A DNA stretch of 63,939 bases, the filler included, from Octopus bimaculoides (taxonomy: Eukaryota): the NCBI RefSeq assembly GCF_001194135.2. It is 7 parts of 5 records of this genome, joined end to end, with 100 filler letters (N's around TTAATTAATTAA, not from the genome) between each part and the next. Parts side by side here need not be neighbours in the genome. Positions count along the whole stretch, not along the records: positions 23,985 to 47,626 come from NC_068987.1; positions 47,727 to 58,835 come from NC_068988.1; 5 more parts are not named here. One strand, written 5' to 3'. The notes under the pieces were generated by a model that made no database searches, had not been told where the DNA came from, and was given only the letters and a program-made list of their open reading frames with translations. Both the position numbers and the translations under genes were made by a program. Shown here one piece after another: positions 36,844-49,135 of this stretch. The first letter of the stretch is position 1. Each line of letters begins with the position of its first letter.

Positions 36844-39068
36844 CCTTGCATATTTGTTCTTACCTGCTTCATTTGTGTATGTAAAATCCATAAATTTCCA
36901 AGAACATCAGAAAAGCTGTATTACTCATAATAGTCCATGTGTTTTTAACCACTAAATAGCTGAAATATTGCAACATGCATCAAAGAGCCAAAATATTGCA
37001 ACATGCATGGAGAAAAGGAAGAAATGTAAATTAACACTTACTATTGATCAAAGAAAATGCAAAAGAAAGAAGTATGAATGACATTGATTTCTCTTAATTT
37101 TAAAGCTAAATGAAACAAGGTCTGTGGAACTATACAACACATTTTATGAAATTATTAATAGCAATGACTGATTCAACAAGCTGATATCGTTCAGCCATTC
37201 TAAAATTTAATGGTCAAGGTTTGATGCAGGTGTGTAGGGGCCAATCCTATAACTTAGAAAGAAAGAGATAGCAAGGCTGAAAACTGGTGTTTATATAAGC
37301 ATAGGGTGGATTCACAGACTGATGGCCTTTTTTCCCCACGTTGGGAACAAATTGTTGTAAACACACAAGTGGACAGTTGAAACTGACCAATAAATGCAAC
37401 TAATTTGGCAAAACACTGGGTCATGTGACTTGATGCTAAGAATCTTGGCTCACTTAAGGATTTGATGCAAAGAAATTGCATTCTGAGTGACATTCAAGTC
37501 ATAACAAATAACATGACTTCAACAATCCAATTCCTGACATCTATGGGATTGATCCACAATTCTTCCAGGTGTTGTAATGAGCCTATGTTCCTTACACCGT
37601 GGAAGACAGTATCTGAAGGAAGAATGTGGAGATGTTCCATTTGCAACTGGTATCAGTGTTTAAGGCAAGATTCCTTTTTTTGGGGGTGCCCATCTACTGT
37701 TGACACGGCTTGTAAATTTGATTTATTACTGGGCCGAAATGGACTGTAAACAGTCTGTTGTGATGAAGCATGTTGGGGTCACATCTGAAGCAATTATTAA
37801 CTGGCACAATTACTTCTGCGACATTTGTGCCATGTAGTTCATCAACAATCCTGTCCAACTTGGGGGACAGGATGTTGTAGAAATTGTTGAATCCAAGTTA
37901 ATGCACCAGAAGTACCATCACAGTCATTACTGTGAAGGCCACTATGTACTTGGAATGGTAGAACATGGAACTTTAAAGATGTGTTTTAGTTCCTGTCCTT
38001 GACAGAAGCGCCGCCACATTATTACCAATAATTAATGAACACGTGCTGCCAGGAACTAAGATTGTAACGGACTGTTGCCAGGTATATAATGCTCTGCCCA
38101 ATCATTCCAGTGTGAATCATCATGCCAATTTTGTCGACCCCAATGACTTCACAATCCACATGAATATGGTGGAGGAAATATGGAGTAACGTCAAGAGGAA
38201 ATATCGTAACATGCATGGCACCTTAGATGCTCTATTCTCTACTTATCTATTAGAATTTTGTTGGCGACAATACAACATAATAATGTTTTTCTGAATTTCA
38301 TAAAATGCATTAGACAGTATTATACTGTTTAATTTACCATTTCAAACATGTATTTTTATAAATTTCATAAAATGCATTGTATAGTTCCACTGATGTTTCA
38401 TTTAGCTTTAAAATTAATAGAAATCAATGTCATTTATATTTCTTTCTTTCTTATGTAAAATCTGTAAATTTCCAACTAAAATTGTAATGGACTGCTGGCA
38501 GGCATATAATGGTCTTCCAAATCATTCCAGTGTGAACCACTGTGTGAATTTTGTCCAGCAACCTTTCAATCAACATGAATATGGTGGGAGGGAATGTGGA
38601 GTCACATTAAGAGGAAATATTGTAACATCCATGATACCTCAGATGCTCTATTTTCTACTCATCTATTAGAATTTTGTTGGCAACAATACAACACATATAA
38701 TACTTTTATGAATTTCATAAAATGTATTAGACAGTATTTAATTTACCATTTCAAACATGCTTTTTATGAATTTCATAAAATGTGTTGTGTAGTTCAACAG
38801 ATCTTGTTTAATTTAGCTTAAAATTAATAGAAATCGATGTCATTCATACTTCTTTCTTTCGCATTTTCTTTAATCAATAGTAAGTGTTAATTTACATTTC
38901 TTCATTTTCTCCATGCATGTTGCAATATTTTGACTCTTTGGTGGTTAAAAAGAACCACATGGACTATTATAACTAATATGGCTTTTTTGACGTTGATCTT
39001 GTTTTCTTCTTGGAAATTTATAGATTTTACATACACAAAATGAAGCAGGTAAGAACAAATATGCAAGG
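36844..39068 (+). mobile_element. Merlin DNA transposon 2, decayed, with ~310-bp inverted repeats
   Basis: IRs 36844-37153 / 38768-39068. Transposase remnants EGRMWRCSIC, VEIVESKL..KYHHS, LPGTKIVTD, VNHHANFVDP, YLLEFCWR. Confidence 0.85.
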
Positions 39069-39599
39069 CTTTTCTGAAGTTTAAAATGCTATGTTTTTGT
39101 TATCTACATTCAAGCACACACATGTACACACCCGCCTGTCCCTTCCACTTCGAAGGGAGTGTTTACAGTTGACAAGACAACACGTGCTCACAGAAAGTAA
39201 CAAAGATAATGGCAATTTTGTGACAATTCTGAAACTGAAAATGATTGAGTGCCTTTTTCCTGTATCTGCCCCGTTACCAGTTTACCATCGCAAGTTATCC
39301 CTCCTCCAATTGTAATAAAAACTTGTATACTACAAAATTTATTAATGGTCTTTTATTCATTTGCAGTGGCATCCAGAAAATCAACATTCAGTCAGATAGT
39401 TGAGAAAATGAAGATCTGTAGGAGACCTTGGGAATAATGGTTCTTAACATTGGAACTTGCAAATTTTCCCAAAAATCCAGGATTTCATTGAGGAAATTCG
39501 AAGTGTTCAGTGATTTCAGGTTAAAAGAAATTAGTGGTGTGTCGGAATAGCTGTCCCACTTCAGTTAGATTACGATTTCAGATTTCAAATTCCAAATTC

Positions 39600-40930
39600 A
39601 CTTGCCTCAACAGGTCTTCGCAAGCAGAGTTTTTTTAGTGTCCAATGAAGTAAAGATATGAATAAGTGAGCTGGCTATACTTCTGGCAGAGGTCACAGAT
39701 TATGCTCTCACTTGCTTTGCCGAGTCTTCTCACGTACTGCATATTTCCAAAGGTCCCGGTCACTGGTCATTGCCTCAGTGAGGCCTAAAGTTTGAAGGCC
39801 GTGCTTCACCACCTCATCCCAGGTCTTCGTGGGTCTACCTCTTCCACCGGTTGCCTCAACTGCTAGGGTGTGGCACTTTTTCACACAGCTATCCTCATCC
39901 ATTCTTCTCGCGTCCATTCCAGCACAATTGTCTCTCTTGCACACCACAACTGATGCTTCTTAGGTCTAACTTTTCTCTCAAGGTACTTACACTCTGTCGA
40001 GTATGCACACTGACATTACACATCCATCGGAGCATACTGGCTTCATTTCTTGCGAGCTTACGCATGTCCTCAGCAGTCACAGCCCATGTTTCACTGCCAT
40101 GTAGCATGGCTGTTCATACACATGCGTCATAGTCTGCCTTTCACTCTGAGTGAGAGGCTCTTTGTCACCAACAGCGGTAAGAGCTCTCTAAACTTTGCCC
40201 AGGCTATTCTTATTCTAGCAGCTACACTTTCAGTGCACCCTCCCCTGCTACAAACTTGGTCACCTAGGTAGCGGAAGCTATCAACTATTTCTAGTTTTTC
40301 TCCCTGGAGTGTGGCAAAGGTTGTTTTCTGCATATTGTCAGTGTTTATTGCCCCTGAGCATCCACCACACACAAAAACTATCTTGCTAGTTAGCCTTCCT
40401 TTGATATTGCTGCACCTCTTATATGTCCATAGCTTACACTGTGTACACCTTATGGAGTTTCTACCTACGCCTTTTCTACAGATCGAGCAGGGCTATCTAC
40501 CTGATATATACACACAAAACACTTCAAGTCTTTGGTCCTCATGACACAGAACATTGGAAAATTTTTTATCTGTTTCCCCTCTTGCTAAGTAAACCTGTCT
40601 CCTAGCTTCCCTTCTGGCAGTCTCATGCAATTCCCTGCTACCTCTGTTCTTCCAGTCCATTTCTTTTCCCTAATGGCCTTGTCAACTATATTGTTCCACC
40701 ACCACGTTACCTTAGGTTGAGAGGGGACTTTGCACCTTCCACAGGTCTGGTCAGTAGCCCTCAACAGGTTGTCCCATAGGAACCTTCAGTTGTCTTCCAC
40801 ATTATGCGATGTTATATCCTCTATTTTGTCAAAAGTTTCGAGTAATACGTCTCTAAATCTCTGTCCATTCACAGGATCCTTAAGTTTCCAAACCCTTCTT
40901 TTCCATGCTGGTTGTCTTCACAGCATCCAT
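39600..40930 (-). mobile_element. RTE LINE with RT core deleted (post-endonuclease linker, PHD-like finger, RT C-terminus, 3' end)
   Basis: RRVWKLKDP...VTWWWNN...REARRQVYLARGE...EDQRLEVF joined directly to PCSICRKGVGRNSIRCTQC...FRYLGDQV...MLHGSETW...GRPTKTWDEVVK. Confidence 0.9.
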
Positions 40931-41679
40931 TTAGCCCTGATCCTGAAGTCACTAACTATGAGAGCCTGGTGTTGCCTTCTGGCTTGCCAATTCTCAATCA
41001 AACCGTCCAATCCATGCCAGCATGGAAAGCAGATGTTAAACGATGCTGATATATGTATCATTTCTAGAATTTATGTAGTCACTGGAGGCTCTCAAATTCT
41101 TTAAGAGATATAGTTTTTGAAGAGACCTGTTAATACAGGATTTAGTTGTAGAGAGGAGTTTTCATTTGATGTTGAAGATAAAGAGACCAGTTTCAACATT
41201 AAATGAAAAATTCTCTCCAAAACCAGACCCTCTATAAACAGATCCAAAAATGTTTAGTATGTTCTCTTGAAAAACTATATCTCTTAAAGAATTTGAGAGC
41301 CTCCAACAACGACATAAATTCCAGGAATGAGATTTTTTTCTGTATGTCCACATTTTAAGAAATACATCTTCATGGAATTTAAAGATAGGCTACCAGACAC
41401 ATAGTGAATTATTAACATCTTGTTTATATCTGCTTAACATAGATTTAGTGTAACATTAGTTTTCTCCCTTTAGTTTTTCATTTTGTCTTTTTCCTTATGA
41501 GCATCCCTTGTTCAAACATCATCTGCTCAAAAAGCAACTGACAAATGGTCTTTCTCTCATCTTGAAAAATGGCAAAATAAATTAATGTTTTGACTAAGAA
41601 ACCCCGGGCAAGACTTGTGGTTTTTATTATAATATTATCTTTACTCTATTAGGTGATCTACTTGTTGAAGCTTTACCAC

Positions 41680-41729
<50 letters not shown>

Positions 41730-42342
41730 CATNNNNNNNNNNNNNNNNNNNNNNNNNNNNNNNNNNNNNNNNNNNNNNNNNNNNNNNNNNNNNNNNNATA
41801 TATATATATATATATATACATATATATATAAGTCAGTAAATAGTGGGGTTGTGTTAACCGCACGTGGAGAAATAATAGGAAAATGAAAAATAATAATAAG
41901 GCAGAATGCTAAACTGAAAGCATATTTTAATATAGATATGTAAAAAGGATTTCTAACCGGCTTTCATTGTATGACAAATTTTCAAGAAGAGGGAGAATGA
42001 AAATGTTTTTTACAAAAAAGTGAAAAATAATATATAAAAAAAATAAATAAAATTTTGGTGGTTGCTATTCCAAAGACACAATGAAGGTTGGGTAGGGCAG
42101 ATGTTTTGCAATGTTGATTTAAGAAATGGAAAATCTCAATCCAAACAGAAATTCCAAGTTACATGGTGCTCGTCTATTGGCTCCTCTGTTGATCTGGCCC
42201 CAAGTCTCATTTGGTATATTGTTACTGTAAACCTAGATTTGAGATTTCTCTACAAATGTTTCTGATCAATTTTCTATTCCCTATTGATCTTTGTGTTTGG
42301 AATTGATTACCCCTTATATCTTATATTATTTCTTTGTTTCAG

Positions 42343-42416
42343 AATATCTGGCAACATTGAAATTCCACAGGATATTTTGAAAGCTAAAAGAATGATATCA
42401 CAAACATTAAATGACT
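42343..42416 (+). other. Candidate non-coding 5' exon of the ZNF gene
   Basis: tttctttgtttcag acceptor and ACT|gtacga donor; a further acceptor (ataatttcaag) at 42821 precedes the ATG. Confidence 0.3.
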
Positions 42417-42562
42417 GTACGAATTACAGTCAGAAAAATTTCCTATAGTGACTGAGAATATGTTTCTTGAACAACTTTTTGTGATTACACATGAGAAATT
42501 TACCATGACACTGCAACTGGATTATGAGAATTGTTTTTTTTTATTATATCTGAATGCATGCT

Positions 42563-42790
42563 TAGCCCTTTAGCATTCAGATTACTCTATCAAATGTAAT
42601 GCTTATTTATTTACATTATTTTGAATTCATCATGCACTATCACATAGTTTCGAGATTTCGATGATGTGACTGTTTACTTTTAAAATGACATTGTAGGATA
42701 GGTGTGAGAGGCCAGATCTGACTGATTTGAAGATCAAACAGGTAGAATATTTTGGCCGGATAAGGCTAGTTTGAATGGTAAAGAGTTAGT
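42563..42790. mobile_element. piggyBac-like MITE, copy 3, just upstream of the ZNF coding exon
   Basis: CCCTTTAGCATTCAGATTAC start; homologous to copies at 8060 and 16265. Confidence 0.7.
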
Positions 42791-42895
42791 GGTTCTTTAT
42801 ATTTGATTTTATAATTTCAAGAGTAAAATCAAGAATGTCTTCCGTTTTTCTGAATTGGATGTTGAATAGTAAAACTTTATTGTGAAGAGGAAACT

Positions 42896-44020
42896 ATGGA
42901 GGAGAAACAGTGTAAAAGTCAGGTTATTAATGAAACCCAGTCTGAAAGTAGTGATTTATCTGATCAATCTCAAAGAAATAAAAGAAACAAACCATATGCC
43001 TGTGAAACATGTGGAAAGACATTTTTAAAAAACAGTTGTTTAATCCAACATAAATTGATTCACAAAAGTTCAGTGATTTACCATTGTGAAGTTTGTGGTA
43101 AAAGGTTTGCAAGAAAAAATTCTATGAACTGTCACAAGCGAATACATTCAGGAGAGAAACCACATCGATGTGATATCTGTGGAAAGACATTCTCTCAGAG
43201 TTCTCATTTATCTAGTCATAAACGTATTCATACAGGAGAGAAGCCATATGACTGTGATATTTGTGATAAAACATTTTCTCAGAAGACAAATTTGCTGACT
43301 CACAGATTTATTCATACAGGGGAAACTCGATATGATTGTGAAATCTGTGGTAAAACCTTCATTGGCAGTGGTTCATTACTGAAACACAAACGTATTCACA
43401 CAGGTGAAAAACCATATCCCTGTGATATTTGTGGAAAAGCATTTTCTCGGAATGATGTTTTATCAGGTCACCAACGTATTCATACAGGTGAAAAACCATA
43501 CCACTGTGATATCTGTGGTAAAACATTTTCTTTGAAACCTACTTTGACTGCTCACAAGAGGACACACACAGGTGACAAGCCATACCGCTGTGATTCATGT
43601 GGTAAAGGATTCTCAATGAGTAGTTCTCTGTCAGCTCACATGCTTATTCACACAGGAGAAAAGCCATTCCACTGTGATATTTGTGGTAAAAACTTCGCTG
43701 TAAGTAGTGTATTAATTAGTCATAAAAGTACCCACAATGGGAATAAACCATATCACTGTGATATTTGTGGTAAGACATTCTCTTGGAGATCTAGTGTAAC
43801 TTACCATAAACGTATTCACACTGGTGACAAACCTTACACTTGTGAAGTTTGTGGTAAATCATTCTCAACAAGTACCCACTTAACTGCACACAAACGTATT
43901 CACACAGGTGAGAAACCATATCTCTGTGGTATCTGTGGTAAAAGATTCTGTGCAAGTGGTCAGTTGTATAAACATAAATATGCTCACACTAAAGATAAAT
44001 TATTCTACTGTGATGTCTAA
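42896..44020 (+). CDS. Tandem C2H2 zinc-finger protein, 374 aa, 12 complete fingers, single coding exon, no recognisable effector domain
   Basis: Uninterrupted ORF with CxxC-x12-HxxxH repeats and TGEKP-type linkers; typical of the cephalopod C2H2-ZNF expansion. Confidence 0.95.
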   Translation: MEEKQCKSQVINETQSESSDLSDQSQRNKRNKPYACETCGKTFLKNSCLIQHKLIHKSSVIYHCEVCGKRFARKNSMNCHKRIHSGEKPHRCDICGKTFSQSSHLSSHKRIHTGEKPYDCDICDKTFSQKTNLLTHRFIHTGETRYDCEICGKTFIGSGSLLKHKRIHTGEKPYPCDICGKAFSRNDVLSGHQRIHTGEKPYHCDICGKTFSLKPTLTAHKRTHTGDKPYRCDSCGKGFSMSSSLSAHMLIHTGEKPFHCDICGKNFAVSSVLISHKSTHNGNKPYHCDICGKTFSWRSSVTYHKRIHTGDKPYTCEVCGKSFSTSTHLTAHKRIHTGEKPYLCGICGKRFCASGQLYKHKYAHTKDKLFYCDV

Positions 44021-44205
44021 TAATACAATCAATCAACGTGCTCATTTGTTCATTCACAAATGCCTTCACACTTCTAAGGAACTAGATAACTGCGAATTAT
44101 GTGGTAAGCCCTTGTATCAGATGAGAAACCAAATGACTATGATGCCAACAATAAATCATTCTCACATACTAATTTAACTACTCAAATCATATCATTGTGA
44201 AAATC
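44018..44205 (+). pseudogene. Decayed additional zinc fingers downstream of the ZNF stop
   Basis: Shifted frames read NNTINQRAHLFIHKCLHTSKELDNCELCGKP and DEKPNDYDANNKSFSHTNLTT. Confidence 0.75.
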
Positions 44206-45849
44206 CTTCATATACAATAGCTCAAGGTAATTAGATTGTGATATGTTTCCTTTTGAGACACAGATTTAATTGAAATTTATTGTAAAACATCTTTGTTCAA
44301 TGAGTTTACATAGTGTGTGTATTGGAAAATGTTTATAGAATTATTTTTTTCCATTTCTCATATCCAAGAGGAAAGCTGTAAAATGCACAACTTTACTGTT
44401 TACCCTACTTATATGAAAAATTATTTATGATTAAGAAATTTCACTAGAGAAACATTTTCACAGTTTTATAAATATAAGATTACTCTTATCTTTTAGCTTT
44501 CTCTTATTTCTCAGGTAAACAGACATAAAAATTCCCTTGAACAGTATGCTTAATTTGATGTAAATTTATTGTAAATGATAAAAGAAACTTTAAATTTATT
44601 ATTGTTTGGAAATATATGACTATTGCATTTAAATATTTTCTGTTTGTAATTTGATCTATTTCCTTAGCATTTTTATGAGCACTGGTCAACTGTTTTTCCT
44701 TTGATACCAGTTTGAAAACCAGTGCATGTTTACATTAAACAGTAATTATTTACTATCTCCAGAAAAAAGTACTACGTAAAACATTTTAGAATATGAAGAA
44801 AATTTCACATGATGTCTGCAAAAAGAAAGTAACTTATCACAGTTATCCAATTATCTCATGAATTATACATTATGGCTTTAAATATTCTAGCAGCTACCAT
44901 TTTGTGTTCTATCATTATTATCATCATTTTATGCATTTTTCTTTTTCCTTCTGTTGTTGTTAGCATGGGTTGAATGGGTTGTCACTACTTGTCATAGGTC
45001 TTCATCATCTGGCACATGCAGCAGTTGGAATTCATATCTTATTCTATGTATGTTGGTTTTTGATATTGTTTTTACTTCTAAATACCCTACCTAATACAAA
45101 CTAGTTAACAGCATGGACTGGGTGCATTTTAATGTGCTGCCAGCACGGGAGGTTATGTACAGTAGGGTTTGAAACTTCCCATCTGTTTTCTCTTTTTATT
45201 TAGAATTTCTCATCTCTTACATAAGTTGCTTGTACTGTGATTTGTGGGATCTATGTCTCCTCGGTTTATTGCTTTGAATAACAAAGGCTATTTTTTTTCT
45301 TTTTTTGTTGCTGTTGGATGTGAGTATGATGTAGTTAGTGATATGACAGTCAGTATCACCAAATAGGTGGCATTGAACTAAAAACCCAAGATACTAAACT
45401 GAATTTTCTCATTGTAGAAGTTATATCTACATATAATTCTGCTCATTTGTTCACGTATTATGCTTTAGTTAGTTAGAGAGGTGGAGTGAGTGAGAGAAAG
45501 AGGAGAGGAAGAAGTAGTGAAAGATATATAATATTAATATGCTAAGGCCAGATACATCACATGGTTAGCTGGAGGGAGAGGTGAAGAGTGAGAGAAAAGA
45601 GAGAGAGAGAGAAGTGTTAATGATATGCAGTAGGGTGGGAAGGAATAGTTATTATGTAGTTAAAAACTTAGCTGACGTGAAAGGTAAAGGGAAGGGGATA
45701 TTTAGCAGAGGTTGGTGTTCTGGAGCTGGGGTTAAATAAAGGCCATCACTTAATGCATGTGCATAAGTGCAATTATTTATTGTGTGCTTGCTTGAAAATT
45801 GATATAAGGGTTAATTTAGCTTAAACTAAGGATTCACAAAAATGACATT

Positions 45850-46960
45850 TGCAAGCTGCTCAAGAAAGAATGCACAAATATAGAGCATGGATCAGAGATG
45901 AACAGCAAGAAAATATAATAAAAAGAGAAAAAAGACGATACCGACAGAGATGCAAGGAAATGAATGTAAATAAACATCAAGTATATTTAAAGAAAGTTAG
46001 ACTGAGACAACAGGGAAAAGCAACAATATGCTTCAAGATGAATGTTAAAAATATTTAGAGAAACAAAGACTCAGACAAGAAAGAATAGATCACATCCATA
46101 AGAATGAATGAGCACTTCTCAAGCAGCAGAGAAAGGCGCATAGACTTAGAAGAGAAAGCATGAATGCTGAAGAACTATACAATTTCAGAAAGAAAAGAAT
46201 ACATAATGGGCATCATAGGAGAAATGGCCTAGCAATTAACGTTAATGGTAGTGCAGAAGAATTTCATATTGGTGATCATGGTGGTGCTTTGAAATTTAGA
46301 AATGAAAGTTACAGCTGTTGTAATAATGAAAAAGTTTTGTTGCCTTCATTGCAAATATACCCTGAGAGACTGAGAAATCTCTTTGAAGAAGAAGACCAAG
46401 AAGTAGCGGCATTTTGCAGGAACATCTGCAATTACAACTATGCATTTTCTTGCGTTTTATTTGGTGTTAAACATGCCACGCGGTAGAGGCTCATATTACT
46501 TTTGTATTCAGAGTCAAACATATCACAATACCACACCTCTGTACCCTGGAGAAAATGCACCACAATGTGCTAAATTATTGACTTGAGTGAAGCTGTGCCA
46601 CACAAATTGGAAAGCACTGCCAAATAATGACTGCTCACCACAAACAATGACCATTATAAGTGAGGTGTTGCATGAATGTAATAGATATGGTGAAGTGTAC
46701 AATACAATGCATGCCATCAAACAAGAAGAGAAAAATCATCCAGTACAGAAGAGGGTCAGATATAAGATATTACAATTTACCAACTAGCAATGAAATAACT
46801 TGTTTTTGAGGGTAGATGGCACACCACCTCTACAGATATTGTCATCAGTACATATTGTAAAGCTGAGTTTGCGAGTGTGTGTGTTGCATCTATAGAAATC
46901 CACACCTTACAAGATAGCAATCTGGGAGTCACACCAATGGATTCCTCATGGTTGAAAATG
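45850..46960 (+). mobile_element. Helitron RepHel N-terminal remnant
   Basis: HGGALKFRNESYSCCNNEKVLLPSL..YPERL...FCRNICNYNYAFS...IQSQTYH...DGTPP; preceded by a basic coiled repeat region. Confidence 0.8.
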
Positions 46961-47729
46961 CCCGGAATCGGCCATTTATTTTTTGATTTTTTGCTTCCCA
47001 AGGGGTGGATTTTTGCATTAAAAATAATTTTAAACCATAACTTCTAACGATTTTCAAGTTGGAGAAACACACCAGCATTTGCAAACATGAGTTAAGTCCC
47101 CTTCTAGCGACAGTGTAAAGAGAGAGAGATAACAGATTTTTTAAATTTTGTCTTTTTAGTGAGTGATTAACAAACAAGGATTGTTATGTATGTATGTGTG
47201 AATGGTTTCAGTCACACACACACACACGAACATGTATATGTACAAAACACATATATGCAATAGGTGTGTGTTGCCTGTATATATATATATATATATAACT
47301 TTTATAAGTAATATTCTAAAAGAATATATAACTGAACTTATGTTGAGTGCTCAATTATCTTGAGCAAATAAATGTGTATATATGTGTTTTTATATCATTA
47401 ATAAATTCGTAGAACTCATCAATAATATATTCAGGAAATCAATATTTAATATTTTGAAAGATATACATCCAACATAACATGGTAACATAATAAATTTAAA
47501 AGTTTAAAACATAGATATACGGAATATAAATATGAATACATATAAAAATCTAAAAATAGATATATATATGTTTAAATATATATGCGTATAAAAATTTATG
47601 TATAAATAAGCATGAATATTATAAATNNNNNNNNNNNNNNNNNNNNNNNNNNNNNNNNNNNNNNNNNNNNTTAATTAATTAANNNNNNNNNNNNNNNNNN
47701 NNNNNNNNNNNNNNNNNNNNNNNNNNGGT

Positions 47730-48810
47730 TAATTTGTTGAATTTGCACGCTGTTGAACTTTTGTTGAGTGTTTTTTAAACACCTATTTTTCTGCTTGTGG
47801 AAATCCTTTGTTAGCGTTTTCCCCCTTGTGTGAAAGGGGAAAATATTGTATTTTTCAAAAAGATGGACAAATCACCTATTAAGGCCAAGACTAGTAGTGA
47901 ACCTGATACAAGTGAATGGAAAGATATCAGAAGCGGAGAAGGCAGCACAGTTTTAAATAGCATGCCGACAGAAGAATTTATTCAAGGAGGAAAAGCTAGC
48001 AATTTTGCAGCAGCAGCCGGTGTCTCAAAAAAGACAAATTGTGGAAGCGATGAGCTCGGAAAATACAAAGGTATGATGAAAAGGGAGGAAAGCGAAACAG
48101 TGATGACCCCCTCCTAGTGAAACGACGCATTATGCACTGCGGTGCACCGAGATATACAAATCATTTGTGACCAAAGCAAAAAATCCTGGATAACGCAAGT
48201 GGCGACCATGACTGAGACCCATGGATCGCTACTTCACCCTACGTGGACCTTGGCTCTGCTCTTTCTCTCCGCACCCTTACTCATCTCCCGTTCTCCTCAT
48301 CTACCACCCCTCCAGCACATCATTCTCTGAGCCTTTCGGCGACTCCAGTCTGACCCCTCCATCACACACATCTTCTCTAACCCACCCTTCCCTCATTCAA
48401 ACAAGCCCATAACTTGCGAGACCTCCTGGTCAACAGTTTCTTCCCTACCCCTGCATCCCAGTCTGACTCCTTCTCCTGCTCTCGCCCACGCTATCGCACC
48501 TTCCCCTAAATCTCCAACGCAACTATCCTCACTTGCACTACCACCGTCCCTATTACATCACCGATTCCTTTACCTACACCTCCAGTAACGTTATTTACTG
48601 CATTTCCTACTCTCTCTGTCCTTCCCTGTACATTAGCCAAACAGGATGCTACTTGGCTAACCGGCTGGCAGAGCACCTCCGAGACGTCAGACTCCGAAAT
48701 GACACCCCTGTCTCGCGCCATTTCCGCTCTACTGGCTATTCGTTACATCTGTCTGTGTTCAGACTGTCTTTGCAGAGGTCACCCGGATTTTCACATTCGC
48801 CGTAAACAGG
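47730..48810 (+). mobile_element. Penelope-like element, Neptune type (GIY-YIG end; upstream part less certain)
   Basis: CSRPRYRTFP...YITDSFTYTSSNVIYCISYSLCPSLYISQTGCYLANRLAEHLRDVR..TPVSRHF. Confidence 0.75.
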
Positions 48811-49135
48811 AATTAATCATTCCTTTGCACCTTAGGGCTCAACTCGCTACCTTTCTTCATCTGACACCACCTCACACAAATTCCCACACACCTACCACAT
48901 TCATCTGCTCTTTCCCTCCACCTACACACCTGCATAGTTCCTACCTCAGCACCCTCACCACACACACCACTATACAAACACCCATGTATGCTCTTCAACT
49001 AATTACTCACTTCACACACCATTACACACACCCACAAACACCTTCCCACTCCACACACTATTATCCACACATGCACACATTCACATCCACCCTTCAATAG
49101 TTTGACAACACATACCACTATACGAGCATCCTTAC

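Noticed and set aside
48095-48130. GTGATGA...GAAAC as a hammerhead in the Neptune element
   Set aside because: First core base is wrong and stems I-III do not pair.
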